A stretch of 64,000 nucleotides of DNA from Ezakiella sp. (GCA_022766605.1 JALEOH010000034.1:4470-68469), one strand, 5' to 3'. Positions 1 to 10,122 are shown, counted from the stretch's first letter. The notes: generated from the sequence alone by a model not told the origin. Made by a program: numbers and translations.

Positions 1-1251
1 CCACCACATATTGGCATCAATGCTGGTAGTGCATATAAACAGGCTTTTTTAGGCTTTGCACTAACTGGAATATTGATGCCACTTTTGGGTCTAATGGCGA
101 CTGGAAATACTGATGGATCTGTTTCTAAATTTGCCGAGGTCGTAAGTAGAAGATTTTCAATTATTTTTAATATATTGGTTTTACTATGTATTGGACCAAT
201 GGTTGCTATTCCAAGGACTGCTGCTACTACTTATGAGGTTGGGATAGTGCCACTATTTGGCGAATTAGAATGGGGAACAATATTTGGATTTGAGATATCA
301 AGAATAGTGGTTAGCCTTGTATATTTTATTTTAAATTACTTTCTTGCAGTTCGTCCATCTAAAGTAATTGATTTAATTGGCAAATATTTTACGCCAGCAC
401 TTTTGACTTTACTCATTGGATTAATTGTAAAAGGGATAGTTAGTCCAATTGGAGTGCCAGGAAATCCACAAGTCGATAGTGCATTTGCACTTGGATTTAA
501 AGAAGGATATCAAACAATGGATGCCATGGCAAGTATGGCATTTGGTGGCATTGCAATTGCAGGCATTAAAAAATTTACAAATGATAAGCGTGAGATAAAA
601 AGAGCAACGACTATTTCAGCAATTATTGCTGCTACAGGATTATTAATCGTATATGGTGGATTTATTTATCTTGGAGCAACGGGCTCGATAGTATTTCATA
701 ACATAGCCCGCACTGAGGCAACAGTAAAATTGGTGGAGGCAATAGGAAGCAATATTGGGAAGATAGCTCTATCGATATCAATGGTATTTGCGTGTTTTAC
801 TACCTCAATTGGGCTGATTACAACCATATCTAATTTTTTTACAGAACTATTTAATGGAAGGATAAAATATGAAAAGATAATGATAGTCGTAATAGTAATG
901 AGCTTTTTGCTTTCGATAATCGGAGTTAATAAAATAATTGTATTTGCTTCGCCAGTGTTAAATACTTTTTATCCGACCACAATAGTACTGATTATTTTAA
1001 ATTTATTAAGAAACAAAATAAAAAATAGAAATATCTATCGAGGAGCGGCTCTTGGCGCAACAGTAGTTGGATTCCTATATGCGCTGGCTGAACTGTTGCC
1101 TAAGGGAAATTCATTTCAAAGCTTTCTTAATCTGCTTCCGCTAGGAGAGATGGGATTTGCATGGACCTATATTGCTGTAATAACAGCTATTGCTTGGGTA
1201 GTTGCGGGAAAGATATTTGCAAAAAAGAATATAGAGAATAAATTAAAGTAA
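1..1251 (+). CDS. brnQ: Branched-chain amino acid:cation symporter BrnQ (5'-truncated by window edge)
   Basis: Frame 1 is open from base 1 (PPHIGINAGSAYKQAFLGFALTGILMP...); multi-TM protein with BrnQ motifs PRTAATTYE, GFKEGYQTMDAMAS, ACFTTSIGL. Confidence 0.9.
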   Translation, partial: PPHIGINAGSAYKQAFLGFALTGILMPLLGLMATGNTDGSVSKFAEVVSRRFSIIFNILVLLCIGPMVAIPRTAATTYEVGIVPLFGELEWGTIFGFEISRIVVSLVYFILNYFLAVRPSKVIDLIGKYFTPALLTLLIGLIVKGIVSPIGVPGNPQVDSAFALGFKEGYQTMDAMASMAFGGIAIAGIKKFTNDKREIKRATTISAIIAATGLLIVYGGFIYLGATGSIVFHNIARTEATVKLVEAIGSNIGKIALSISMVFACFTTSIGLITTISNFFTELFNGRIKYEKIMIVVIVMSFLLSIIGVNKIIVFASPVLNTFYPTTIVLIILNLLRNKIKNRNIYRGAALGATVVGFLYALAELLPKGNSFQSFLNLLPLGEMGFAWTYIAVITAIAWVVAGKIFAKKNIENKLK

Positions 1252-1256
1252 ATCGG

Positions 1257-1288
1257 AAAAGAATCGACCATTATCGATTCTTTTTTTT
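1257..1288 (+). terminator. Intrinsic terminator after brnQ
   Basis: AAAAGAATCGA-ccatta-TCGATTCTTTT followed by further Ts. Confidence 0.8.
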
Positions 1289-1314
1289 GGGTATACTTTT
1301 AAATGGAGGTAAGT

Positions 1315-3054
1315 ATGAATAAAAATAAAATTGAAGAAAAAATTGCCAATATTAAAAGCTTAGATATCGATGAACTAAATGATTTAGCAGAAGATATTAG
1401 ACATATATTAATTGATAAGATGAGTAAAACTGGCGGGCATGTTGGCCCCAACTTGGGGACTGTTGAACTGACAATTGCACTATTTAAATTGTTTAATTTT
1501 CCACATGATAAGATTGTATATGATGTTAGCCATCAAAGCTATACTCATAAGATATTGTCGGGTAGACTTAGCAATTATGTTCATGGAGTTGAATTTGATA
1601 AACTCTCTGGCTATACTGATCCTAATGAATCGGCTTATGATAATTATACTATTGGACATACTTCAACTTCTATTGCACTTGCAGTTGGAATGGCAAAGGC
1701 AAGGGATTTGCGTGGGAGCGATGAAAAGATAATCGCTCTTATTGGAGATGGATCTATTACCGGTGGCATGGCAATGGAAGCATTAAATAATGCTTCTATA
1801 ATTAAAGGCAATTTGATTATAATATTAAATGACAACGACATGAGTATTGCCGAAAATCATGGAGGACTATATGAGCATTTAAGGAATTTAAGAAATAGCA
1901 ATGGAGAACTTGAAAATAATTTCTTTAAGAATTTTGGACTAGATTATAGATATATAGATGACGGAAATAATATTGAAGCAATATTAAAGACCTTTAGTGA
2001 AATTAAAGATATAAATCATCCAATAGTAGTTCATGTAAATACATTAAAGGGAAAAGGACTAAAATATGCAGAAGAAAATCCAGAAGCATGGCATTGGCAT
2101 GCTGCATTTGACAAAGAAACAGGAGAATATTTAGACGATAGTGGAGAAAAGGGTTACGGAGTATATACATCGGAGACTTTGTTAGAGATGATGAAAAACG
2201 ATAGTTCTATAGTTGCAATAGCAGCAGGTAGCCCAGCGTCGATAGGATTTAGTAAAGAAAAGAGAATTAAAGCAGGTAGTCAATTTGTCGACGTTGGAAT
2301 AGAGGAGCAAATGGCAGTCACTTTGGCAGCGGGACTAGCTAAGATGGGTGCAAAGCCAGTCTTTGGAACATCGACTTCTTTTATTGCTCGAGCACTCGAT
2401 CAAATATCACATGATGTAGCACTAAATAATCTGCCGGTTACAATTATTTCATGTGCAGCTTCCATTTATGCCATGAACGATCAAACTCATCTGGGGATAT
2501 ATGATATTGCAAATTTTTCTCATATCCCCAATTTGGTGATGATTGCTCCAAGCTCAATCGAAGAATATGTAGCAACACTTAGTTACGCAGTCAATCAAAA
2601 TAAAGCTCCAATTATGATTAAAATGCCTGGGAAGATCATCCATGAAGAGCCTCGTGATTATAAATTTGACAATTATAAATTTGAAATTATAGAACAAGGA
2701 AATGAGATAGCAATATTGGCTTTAGGTACTTTTATGACATTGGGAAAAGAACTACATCATGAGTTAAAAAATCATGGAATAAATGCAAGTTTAATCAATC
2801 CGAGATTCGTCACGCCAATTGACGAAGAATTGTTGTCAAATCTCTCAAAAAGCCATAACAAAATAATTACTCTTGAAGATGGCATATTAGATGGTGGATT
2901 TGGAGAAAAAATCGCAGCATTTTATGCAAAAAGCAATATAAGAGTCTATAATTATGGGTTTAAAAAGGAATTTATCGATCAATATGATGCAGATGAAATA
3001 GTAAGAAAATCTGGCATGACAGTGGAGAATATTTTAAAGGATTTGGGGATATAA
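1315..3054 (+). CDS. dxs: 1-deoxy-D-xylulose-5-phosphate synthase
   Basis: GGHVGPNLG, DVSHQSYTHK, TPP motif GDGSITGG...ILNDN, DVGIEEQ; start placed at ATG 1315 after GGAGG. Confidence 0.9.
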   Translation: MNKNKIEEKIANIKSLDIDELNDLAEDIRHILIDKMSKTGGHVGPNLGTVELTIALFKLFNFPHDKIVYDVSHQSYTHKILSGRLSNYVHGVEFDKLSGYTDPNESAYDNYTIGHTSTSIALAVGMAKARDLRGSDEKIIALIGDGSITGGMAMEALNNASIIKGNLIIILNDNDMSIAENHGGLYEHLRNLRNSNGELENNFFKNFGLDYRYIDDGNNIEAILKTFSEIKDINHPIVVHVNTLKGKGLKYAEENPEAWHWHAAFDKETGEYLDDSGEKGYGVYTSETLLEMMKNDSSIVAIAAGSPASIGFSKEKRIKAGSQFVDVGIEEQMAVTLAAGLAKMGAKPVFGTSTSFIARALDQISHDVALNNLPVTIISCAASIYAMNDQTHLGIYDIANFSHIPNLVMIAPSSIEEYVATLSYAVNQNKAPIMIKMPGKIIHEEPRDYKFDNYKFEIIEQGNEIAILALGTFMTLGKELHHELKNHGINASLINPRFVTPIDEELLSNLSKSHNKIITLEDGILDGGFGEKIAAFYAKSNIRVYNYGFKKEFIDQYDADEIVRKSGMTVENILKDLGI

Positions 3055-3102
3055 CAAATTCAAATAAATATAACTAAATCAAAATTTATGGTTTTATATT
3101 GC

Positions 3103-3130
3103 TTGACAATTTAAAAAAATGATGTAGTAT
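3103..3130 (+). promoter_or_regulatory. sigmaA-type promoter for peptide/ABC locus
   Basis: TTGACA (3103-3108), 16 bp, TAGTAT (3125-3130). Confidence 0.6.
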
Positions 3131-3157
3131 ATGAGTGTAGAGAAAGGAGGAATTGAA

Positions 3158-3331
3158 ATGACCATATTAAATGAGGCTGTAACGATTCAAGAACAAGCTG
3201 TTGAATATGCTGATTTAATGACACCAATGTGCATAGATGCGTCGTGCATGGGAGGTTGTATTTTGCATAAAAGGAGAACAGGTAGAAGAAATTGCTCCTC
3301 AATAGAACATATTTTAGGTGGTTATTTGTAG
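3158..3331 (+). CDS. 57-aa Cys-rich small peptide, putative RiPP/bacteriocin precursor
   Basis: AAGGAGG RBS 7 nt before ATG 3158; MTILNEAVTIQEQAVEYADLMTPMCIDASCMGGCILHKRRTGRRNCSSIEHILGGYL; first gene after the promoter, followed by two ABC exporters. Confidence 0.65.
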   Translation: MTILNEAVTIQEQAVEYADLMTPMCIDASCMGGCILHKRRTGRRNCSSIEHILGGYL

Positions 3332-3333
3332 TA

Positions 3334-5013
3334 ATGAGTAAGAACAATAAAAGTACTCTTTTTAGAATGCTAATTTTAAGAATTACTATAACTCTTATAT
3401 CATTATCGCTAATTATAATAAGATCTGCTACAGTTGACGCAGCAATAAGCGGAGATGAATTTTTTCTTTTCATTTCCATTTTAATTGCAGTGGAGTTGTT
3501 TGTAAGAGCGTTGGGCGTCTGCGAACAAAAGTTCAATTCTAAATTTTATATTAATTTAAAAACTAATATAGATCAAGAGATATTTTATAAAATAGCTAGA
3601 ATTCCCGTTTGTGATTTTGAAAAAAGAGATTGCAAGGACACGCTAGATTCGGCACTGTCTAGTTCTGATTTTTATAGACTTAAATATGATAGCCTTTTAA
3701 ATTCTATAAGCGAATCTTTAAATATATTAATATTATTGGCAATAATAAGTTCAATTAGCTTAAAATTTTCTCTAATGCTTTTGGCGATTATTATAATTTT
3801 TTTGCAAATTCAAGTTATTAATAGCAGAAGAATTGGAGATATATGGGAAAAGTACAGAAAAAACATGAGAAGGGCAAACTATTTTTCAAATATTCTTATT
3901 AACAATGAATTTAATAGCGAAAGAAAGATATTTAATAATAGCCGTTTTTTTATTGATAAATTTAATGATTATTATGAGCTTGGAATAACAGAAAATAAGT
4001 CGTTGGGAAAGAAAAGAATGAGAATGGATTTGCTATATAATTTTATTTCATCAGCGATAGTATTTTCATTTATATTTTTGTTTAGCAGGCAAGTGATGTA
4101 TAAAGAGTTAACGTTCGGATTGTTTGTGTCTTTATTCTACCAAATTCTAAAATTAAGAGATGGAGTGGATATAATAATAAATTCAGTTTTTGATTATAAA
4201 AATGCGGTGGAAAAAGAAAAGAATGTTATAAAATTTTTGGGATATATAGAAATTACCAATGGGAAAAAGCATATATCTAGTATTCATACGATTGAGTTTA
4301 GAGATGTATACTTCAAGTATCCAAATTCAGATCATTATGTGATAAATGGTTTGAGTATATTTATGGAAAATAAAAACTATGCACTTGTAGGAGAAAATGG
4401 TTCTGGTAAGACTACATTGATAAAGCTGATAACGGGGTTATATCACCCAGATAGAGGCGAGATATTAATTAATGGAATTAATATTAAGGAGATTGACAGC
4501 AATGATTTAATTGAAAATATTTCTGTAGTAATGCAAAATGCATATCATTATCCCGCCAAATTAATTGAGAATTTGCATTTTGGCAATAAATATATTTATG
4601 ATGAAAAATGTGCTAATGATATTGGACTTTATAATATCATCAGCAATATGCCTTTTGGATTAAATACAGATTTATCTAAGATCAGCCAATTCGCAGTAGA
4701 TCTCTCTGGAGGCGAGTGGCAGAGAATTTCAATTGCTAGAGCTCTATTTAAGAATGCTAGTTTATGTATTTTGGATGAACCAAATGCACTGCTTGATCCA
4801 GTTTCAGAAGTTAAGCTTTATGATCTATATCGCAAAAAAATCAATGCAAATATAAGTTTATTTGTTTCACATAGATTGGGAGCGACAAAATCTATGGATG
4901 AGATAATTGTTTTAAAGGATGGAAAGGTAAATGCCGTTGGCAACCATGAAGAGCTTATGAAAACAAATTATTATCGTGAACTTTATAGTACGCAAAAGGG
5001 ATTATATCTATGA
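3334..5013 (+). CDS. ABC exporter (TMD+NBD), peptide/multidrug type
   Basis: Hydrophobic N-half; Walker A GENGSGKT, signature LSGGEWQR, Walker B ILDEP; start ATG 3334 after AGGTGG. Confidence 0.88.
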   Translation: MSKNNKSTLFRMLILRITITLISLSLIIIRSATVDAAISGDEFFLFISILIAVELFVRALGVCEQKFNSKFYINLKTNIDQEIFYKIARIPVCDFEKRDCKDTLDSALSSSDFYRLKYDSLLNSISESLNILILLAIISSISLKFSLMLLAIIIIFLQIQVINSRRIGDIWEKYRKNMRRANYFSNILINNEFNSERKIFNNSRFFIDKFNDYYELGITENKSLGKKRMRMDLLYNFISSAIVFSFIFLFSRQVMYKELTFGLFVSLFYQILKLRDGVDIIINSVFDYKNAVEKEKNVIKFLGYIEITNGKKHISSIHTIEFRDVYFKYPNSDHYVINGLSIFMENKNYALVGENGSGKTTLIKLITGLYHPDRGEILINGINIKEIDSNDLIENISVVMQNAYHYPAKLIENLHFGNKYIYDEKCANDIGLYNIISNMPFGLNTDLSKISQFAVDLSGGEWQRISIARALFKNASLCILDEPNALLDPVSEVKLYDLYRKKINANISLFVSHRLGATKSMDEIIVLKDGKVNAVGNHEELMKTNYYRELYSTQKGLYL

Positions 5014-6716
5014 AAAATATAAAAAGATCATTATGGATTGCGGCAAAAATTCAGCCAATAACTCTTGTAATATCGATTTTGGTGAATATTTTTGATTGGA
5101 TATTATCATTAATTTTTATACATTGGACAGCTATATTATTTGAAGAAGTAAGCTTTGTGTTAAAAGGCAATGACATCAATTTTTCGACATTATTAATTTT
5201 TGTTCTATTATTGCTTTTAGTAAAGTTACCAAGGATATTATATACTAGATATTTTTCTACATTTGTTGGCATGCCGAAGTTGGAATTAAAATTAAAAAAT
5301 TTATTGCATGGGAAGATTAATAAAATTGCATCCGACGAATTAATAGATCCAAAGATGGATAAAGAAATTAATCAAGCTATTTATGCAGGCACCAATATAT
5401 TTCGCCTAATTCAATTAAGCATAGATTTGGTATTTGCAGTATTATCGAGTATTTCTATTATTTATGTTTTGATTAAAATAGATTATATTTTAGGAATTGG
5501 AATATTATTTGCCATTGTACCGAATATATTGGTCCAGTTTTTAGAAACAAAAGTTAGACTGAAAAATCATGATCAAAAAGTAGAATTTGAGAGAAAAGAA
5601 AGGCTGTATTTAGATGCTGTAGGAGGAGATCCTCAATTTGTAGAAAGTCGTTTAATTGGCGCAGATAAATTTTATTTAAATAAATTTAGCGACACAAGAT
5701 TAAATAAAGATAATATTTTAATTGAGGAAGATAAGAAAGTATTTCTGATAAATCAGATTTTAAATCCAATTATAGTGATGTCAAATATTTCTGATATAGT
5801 CATTCCTGCGTTTCTACTATTCTATTCTAGAATTAATTTCTTTGATTTTGGGGCAGCTGTTTCGTCTTATGGAAATGTAAGATCAAGGGCAATCAATATT
5901 GTAAATTTGATGGAATATGGAAAAAAATTTTCTAAAATGGTGGATCCATATTTTAGCTTTATGGATAGGATCGAAAGAGATGGTAAAAGTATAAAAAAAA
6001 CGGGAGATATAGAATGCAAACATGTATTTTACAAATATCCTAATTCTAATATATATTCTATCGAGGATGTAAATATAAAAATAGACCAAGGTGAGAAAAT
6101 AGCAGTAGTTGGTTTAAATGGCGCTGGGAAAACGACATTTGTTAGGCTCATCTTGGGGGAACTTACTCCATCTAAGGGAGATGTATTTATAGATGGAGTT
6201 TCAACAAAAAACATTGCAGAGCCCGATATATATTATTTAAAAAGTCAAGTGAGCCAATTTTTCAATAGATATTCACTTAGTCTGGTGGAAAATATTGCTT
6301 TTGATAATCAATTGATTATAAGTAGAGAAGAGCTATCAAATTTACTAAAAACAAATATTGATCTTGATCAAGAGTTGACAAAAGAGTTTGGTGGCGTGGA
6401 TATCTCTGGTGGAGAATGGCAGAGGATTGCTATATTAAGAGGATTTAATAAAAAAAACAATTTAATAATTTTGGACGAGCCAACTTCTGCTATAGATCCA
6501 TTGAATGAAAAAGAAATTTATGATTTTTTTGAATCACATACCAAAGATAAAACCATGATAATTGTTACTCACAGGATGGGAGTTATTAAGCTGGTGGATA
6601 GAATTGTCGTTATGAGTGATGGAAGGATTGTAGAGGATGGATGCTTTGATGAACTTATAAATAAAGATGGTTATTTTAGTCAAATATATGCTTCGCAATC
6701 TGGTCTATTTAAATAG
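5010..6716 (+). CDS. ABC exporter (TMD+NBD), probable heterodimer partner
   Basis: Walker A GLNGAGKT, ISGGEWQR, ILDEPTSA; ATGA overlap with upstream gene. Confidence 0.88.
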   Translation: MKNIKRSLWIAAKIQPITLVISILVNIFDWILSLIFIHWTAILFEEVSFVLKGNDINFSTLLIFVLLLLLVKLPRILYTRYFSTFVGMPKLELKLKNLLHGKINKIASDELIDPKMDKEINQAIYAGTNIFRLIQLSIDLVFAVLSSISIIYVLIKIDYILGIGILFAIVPNILVQFLETKVRLKNHDQKVEFERKERLYLDAVGGDPQFVESRLIGADKFYLNKFSDTRLNKDNILIEEDKKVFLINQILNPIIVMSNISDIVIPAFLLFYSRINFFDFGAAVSSYGNVRSRAINIVNLMEYGKKFSKMVDPYFSFMDRIERDGKSIKKTGDIECKHVFYKYPNSNIYSIEDVNIKIDQGEKIAVVGLNGAGKTTFVRLILGELTPSKGDVFIDGVSTKNIAEPDIYYLKSQVSQFFNRYSLSLVENIAFDNQLIISREELSNLLKTNIDLDQELTKEFGGVDISGGEWQRIAILRGFNKKNNLIILDEPTSAIDPLNEKEIYDFFESHTKDKTMIIVTHRMGVIKLVDRIVVMSDGRIVEDGCFDELINKDGYFSQIYASQSGLFK

Positions 6717-6755
6717 ATGACACTGGTGTTTCATGTGCTTTATTATTAAGTTTAT

Positions 6756-6784
6756 TTGACAAAGTGTCTAAAATATATTATAAT
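6756..6784 (+). promoter_or_regulatory. Consensus sigmaA promoter for tRNA-Ser/SRP RNA
   Basis: TTGACA (6756-6761), 17 bp, TATAAT (6779-6784). Confidence 0.85.
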
Positions 6785-6795
6785 ATGGCTCATGT

Positions 6796-6885
6796 GGAGA
6801 GATGGTCGAGCGGTTGAAGGCGCCCGCCTGGAAAGCGAGTATACGAGAGATCGTATCGGGGGTTCGAATCCCCCTCTCTCCGCCA
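6796..6885 (+). tRNA. tRNA-Ser(GGA)
   Basis: GGAGAGA acceptor stem, anticodon loop CT-GGA-AA (6830-6832), long variable arm, GGTTCGAATCC T-loop, encoded CCA. Confidence 0.95.
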
Positions 6886-6886
6886 T

Positions 6887-7154
6887 GACGCAAGATGGGG
6901 CAGTAGCGGTTCCCTGTGACCTGCAATCCGCTATAGCAGGGTCTAAAGCCGAGCGAGGCCTTTTATGGTCGGAGGCTGTGTAATTTTTTTCATGTTGATC
7001 CATTGGACCCGTTTGCAACGACTGTTTGCGCCGAACCTCGTCAGGTCAGGAATGAAGCAGCGATAAGTGTGAACTTCGTGTGACGAGCGGTCATCCGTGG
7101 GGAGTGGATTGATTGCAAGGGCACGGTTGTGGATGAGTCAGACTCGGAGGCGTC
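6887..7154 (+). ncRNA. ffs: Large bacterial signal recognition particle RNA (scRNA)
   Basis: Alu-domain sequence GGGGCAGTAGCGGTTCCCTGTGACCTGCAATCCGCTATAGCAGGG and domain IV TCAGGTCAGGAATGAAGCAGC; 5' GACGC pairs with 3' GCGTC. Confidence 0.92.
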
Positions 7155-7240
7155 TTTACATATTATTAACATTGCTTGTAATTGCGTGATTTTATCTTGA
7201 AAAAGTTAGCATAGTGTTGTATAATGTCTTTGAGGAAATT

Positions 7241-10102
7241 ATGTTATTTTATTTGTTGTTATTTATTAAATTGGTATTTTTTACCATACACACTAAGGTT
7301 AGCATATCTCCATGGCTGGTGCTCGCTCTTGACATGGTGATTGTAAGTTTGCTTTCCTTTTTGTTTTTCAAAAAAGAGAGGTGGGCAAGGTGGGCGAGTC
7401 TTGCGGTTTATGCTTTGATTTCTATAATTTTATTTGTAGATATCAATTATTTTTTCTATTTTAATAGATTGCCCGTTGTAAGAGAACTTGGACATGCCAA
7501 TGTGTTGGGAGGAGTTACCGATGCTATTGGAGCGGTGTTTAAGCCAATTTCTCTTATCTATGTACTTGATCTTCCAATATTGTTTTTTTATGTTTTAAAA
7601 GATGGTTGGAGCTTTATTGGAGATGGTATTCGCGCAGTTAAAAATGGATTTAAATCCACTTATCATATTATTAAAAGTGGAGAGTATGTTACTGAGCTTT
7701 CTATTTTAAGTCTAGCTATATTTTTAATTGTGGTAATAATTGGTGCTCCAAGCTTTAAAGGGGCTGCGAAGCAGTCTATATTTATCTATCATACTCTTGA
7801 TATTGCTGGAGTTAGTGAAAAAGAAGAGGAGATTTCGTCTGTCGAGATAAATGAGATAGTTGAGGAAGAAAAGAGCGAAGAGCCATATAAAAATGCTTAT
7901 ACTGGCATTGCCCATGGTAAAAATTTAATCGTTATTCAGGTCGAGAGTTTGAATAATTTTGTAATTGGAAGGGAGTATAATGGTCGCGAGATTACGCCCA
8001 ATTTAAATAAGTTGATCGCAGATAAAGGATCTATTTATGCAAGTGACTATTATGAGACAATTGGAGCTGGAAATACCAGCGATGCTGAATTTGTTTCGAT
8101 GACTAGTTTTTATCCTTCTATGAAAAATCCAAGCTATGAAGTATATTTAGATAAGGATTTATATGCTATGCCTAGAATATTAAAGGAGAGAGGATATAAT
8201 CCAATCGCACTTCATGGGTATAAGAGGGATTTTTGGATAAGGGATAGGGCATATCCCAAAATTGGCTTTGATCGATTCTATGCAGAGGATGATTATGATC
8301 TTAGTGATATAATTGGAATGGGACTATCTGATAAGAGTTTCTTTAAGCAGTCGCTTCCAATTGTGAAAGAATATAGCGAAAAGGAAGATCCGTTTTTTGC
8401 ATTTATGGTTACTCTTACAAGCCATGTTCCATACAATATGCCCGAGAGCGAAATTAAGATAGAAATATTGCCGCAAGATAAGGGGACGCTTTTTGGCAAT
8501 TATATAAACGCCGTCCATTATACCGATGAGGCGATTGGGGAATTTATAGATGGTCTTAAAGAGGCTGGAATCTATGATAATTCAATTATTGCAGTATATG
8601 GTGATCATCATGGATTCACTGGTATGGATAAGGATATAAATGATAGAATTGGTGAATTTATTGGGCAGGATTTCGACTACGATACCCTTTTAAATATCCC
8701 GCTAATAATGCATGTACCGGGTATTGATAAGAGTATAGCAATAGACGGAGTGAGAAGTCAACTTGATTTTTTGCCGACTATATTGAATTTGATGGGCATA
8801 CCACGTGAAGAATTTGTGCTCTTTGGAGAGGATATTTTAAAAGAAGATCACTATGCTACACTTTTTCCACAAAGCTATATGCAAAAAGGTTCTTTTATAG
8901 ATGATGATTATCTATTTAAAATGAAAAGAGATGGTATATTTGAAAATGGTGAGCTTAAAGATAGGCATACTCGTGAAGTAGTCGATATAAACAAGGCTAA
9001 AGAAAAGTATGAGTTAGGAATTAAGAGGATCAATTTATCAAGGACAATACTTGAAAATGATTTAATTGCAAGTCTTATGCATGGCAAGTCGGTAGAAGAT
9101 ATTAAAGTAAAGGAAATAGATATTAAAGACTCTGTAAGAGTTCGCGATTCATATGATATTTTGCAGGCATATAGATCGGGCTTCAGTGATTTTTATGTAA
9201 AACTTTTTAGGACTAAGGACGGCTTTTATTCCACTAAAGATGCCAATAATATCATGGATTTAAGTCGCTTAAATGGTAATTTTATAACTTTGGGAGATAT
9301 CAATAGCAAATATAAAAACATGCGATTTATTATAGAGACGGATGATATAGTTGAATTTGCAGCAGAGATAAGGAAATTGCCAGGCTTAATGGATAATCTT
9401 ACCTTGATTGCCAAGAATAAAGAAGAATATGAAAAACTATCCAATAAGCAAAATGGATTTAATATCTTGGTTGATGGTAGTGGATTTACAGATGCTGAAT
9501 TGATTTCTATGAATAATCTAAATAAGACTTTAAGCTTTATCAATACTGATGCTGAGCCACTTAAAAATTTAACTCTCCATGAATATAACGGTAAAGACGA
9601 TGGCTTAAAATATATATATGATTTTGATGAAATAAAAATCAGTAATGAAAGAGCATATGAACAGATTGACGATAAAATAAGTAGTATTGAGATTCTGCCA
9701 ATGATGGAAGCGCTTAGCATTGAAGAATTGTCGAATAATAAATGGACGAAGCCACTTACTTTGAAATTTGAACTAAAGTCTGATGATCCGAGTAAAGTTG
9801 TATTTTATACGAATACAATTACTAAAGAATATCATGAATTAGATAGACTTAAAGAAGCATTTATAAATAATCCCGATTTAAAAGTTGTTGCTTATGCTCC
9901 TTTATATAATTATGAAATTATGAGGATAATTTCCAATTCAAGGATTGATCTAAGCCGAATAATACCATATACAACTGATAATTGGCAGGTCAGCTATCCA
10001 CATAGACTTGGTTATGGGACTTTTATATATGAAGACGGATTAGAAAATAAGACCACGCGTGAGATTAGAAAACTTTGGGGAGCGAGTTCAATTAAAAAAT
10101 AA
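7241..10102 (+). CDS. LTA synthase (LtaS/sulfatase family) with long C-terminal extension
   Basis: N-terminal TM helices, QVES, GAGNTSDAEF (catalytic Thr), TSHVPY, YGDH; about 340 extra C-terminal residues; start at ATG 7241 after GAGG. Confidence 0.85.
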   Translation: MLFYLLLFIKLVFFTIHTKVSISPWLVLALDMVIVSLLSFLFFKKERWARWASLAVYALISIILFVDINYFFYFNRLPVVRELGHANVLGGVTDAIGAVFKPISLIYVLDLPILFFYVLKDGWSFIGDGIRAVKNGFKSTYHIIKSGEYVTELSILSLAIFLIVVIIGAPSFKGAAKQSIFIYHTLDIAGVSEKEEEISSVEINEIVEEEKSEEPYKNAYTGIAHGKNLIVIQVESLNNFVIGREYNGREITPNLNKLIADKGSIYASDYYETIGAGNTSDAEFVSMTSFYPSMKNPSYEVYLDKDLYAMPRILKERGYNPIALHGYKRDFWIRDRAYPKIGFDRFYAEDDYDLSDIIGMGLSDKSFFKQSLPIVKEYSEKEDPFFAFMVTLTSHVPYNMPESEIKIEILPQDKGTLFGNYINAVHYTDEAIGEFIDGLKEAGIYDNSIIAVYGDHHGFTGMDKDINDRIGEFIGQDFDYDTLLNIPLIMHVPGIDKSIAIDGVRSQLDFLPTILNLMGIPREEFVLFGEDILKEDHYATLFPQSYMQKGSFIDDDYLFKMKRDGIFENGELKDRHTREVVDINKAKEKYELGIKRINLSRTILENDLIASLMHGKSVEDIKVKEIDIKDSVRVRDSYDILQAYRSGFSDFYVKLFRTKDGFYSTKDANNIMDLSRLNGNFITLGDINSKYKNMRFIIETDDIVEFAAEIRKLPGLMDNLTLIAKNKEEYEKLSNKQNGFNILVDGSGFTDAELISMNNLNKTLSFINTDAEPLKNLTLHEYNGKDDGLKYIYDFDEIKISNERAYEQIDDKISSIEILPMMEALSIEELSNNKWTKPLTLKFELKSDDPSKVVFYTNTITKEYHELDRLKEAFINNPDLKVVAYAPLYNYEIMRIISNSRIDLSRIIPYTTDNWQVSYPHRLGYGTFIYEDGLENKTTREIRKLWGASSIKK

Positions 10103-10122
10103 ATTTTATTGGTAGAATGGAG

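Noticed and set aside
3111-3536. Antisense ORF 3111-3536 and the many other short antisense or nested ORFs in the track
   Set aside because: They lie opposite or within well-supported genes, lack RBS and recognisable motifs, and are typical shadow frames
3055-6885. Peptide/ABC block as a tRNA-integrated genomic island
   Set aside because: The block lies 5' of the tRNA, no duplicated tRNA 3' end or att repeat was found, and no integrase is present
6752-7018. ORF-track entries 6752-7018 (-) and 6756-6983 (+)
   Set aside because: They overlap the tRNA-Ser and SRP RNA genes and their promoter; shadow ORFs
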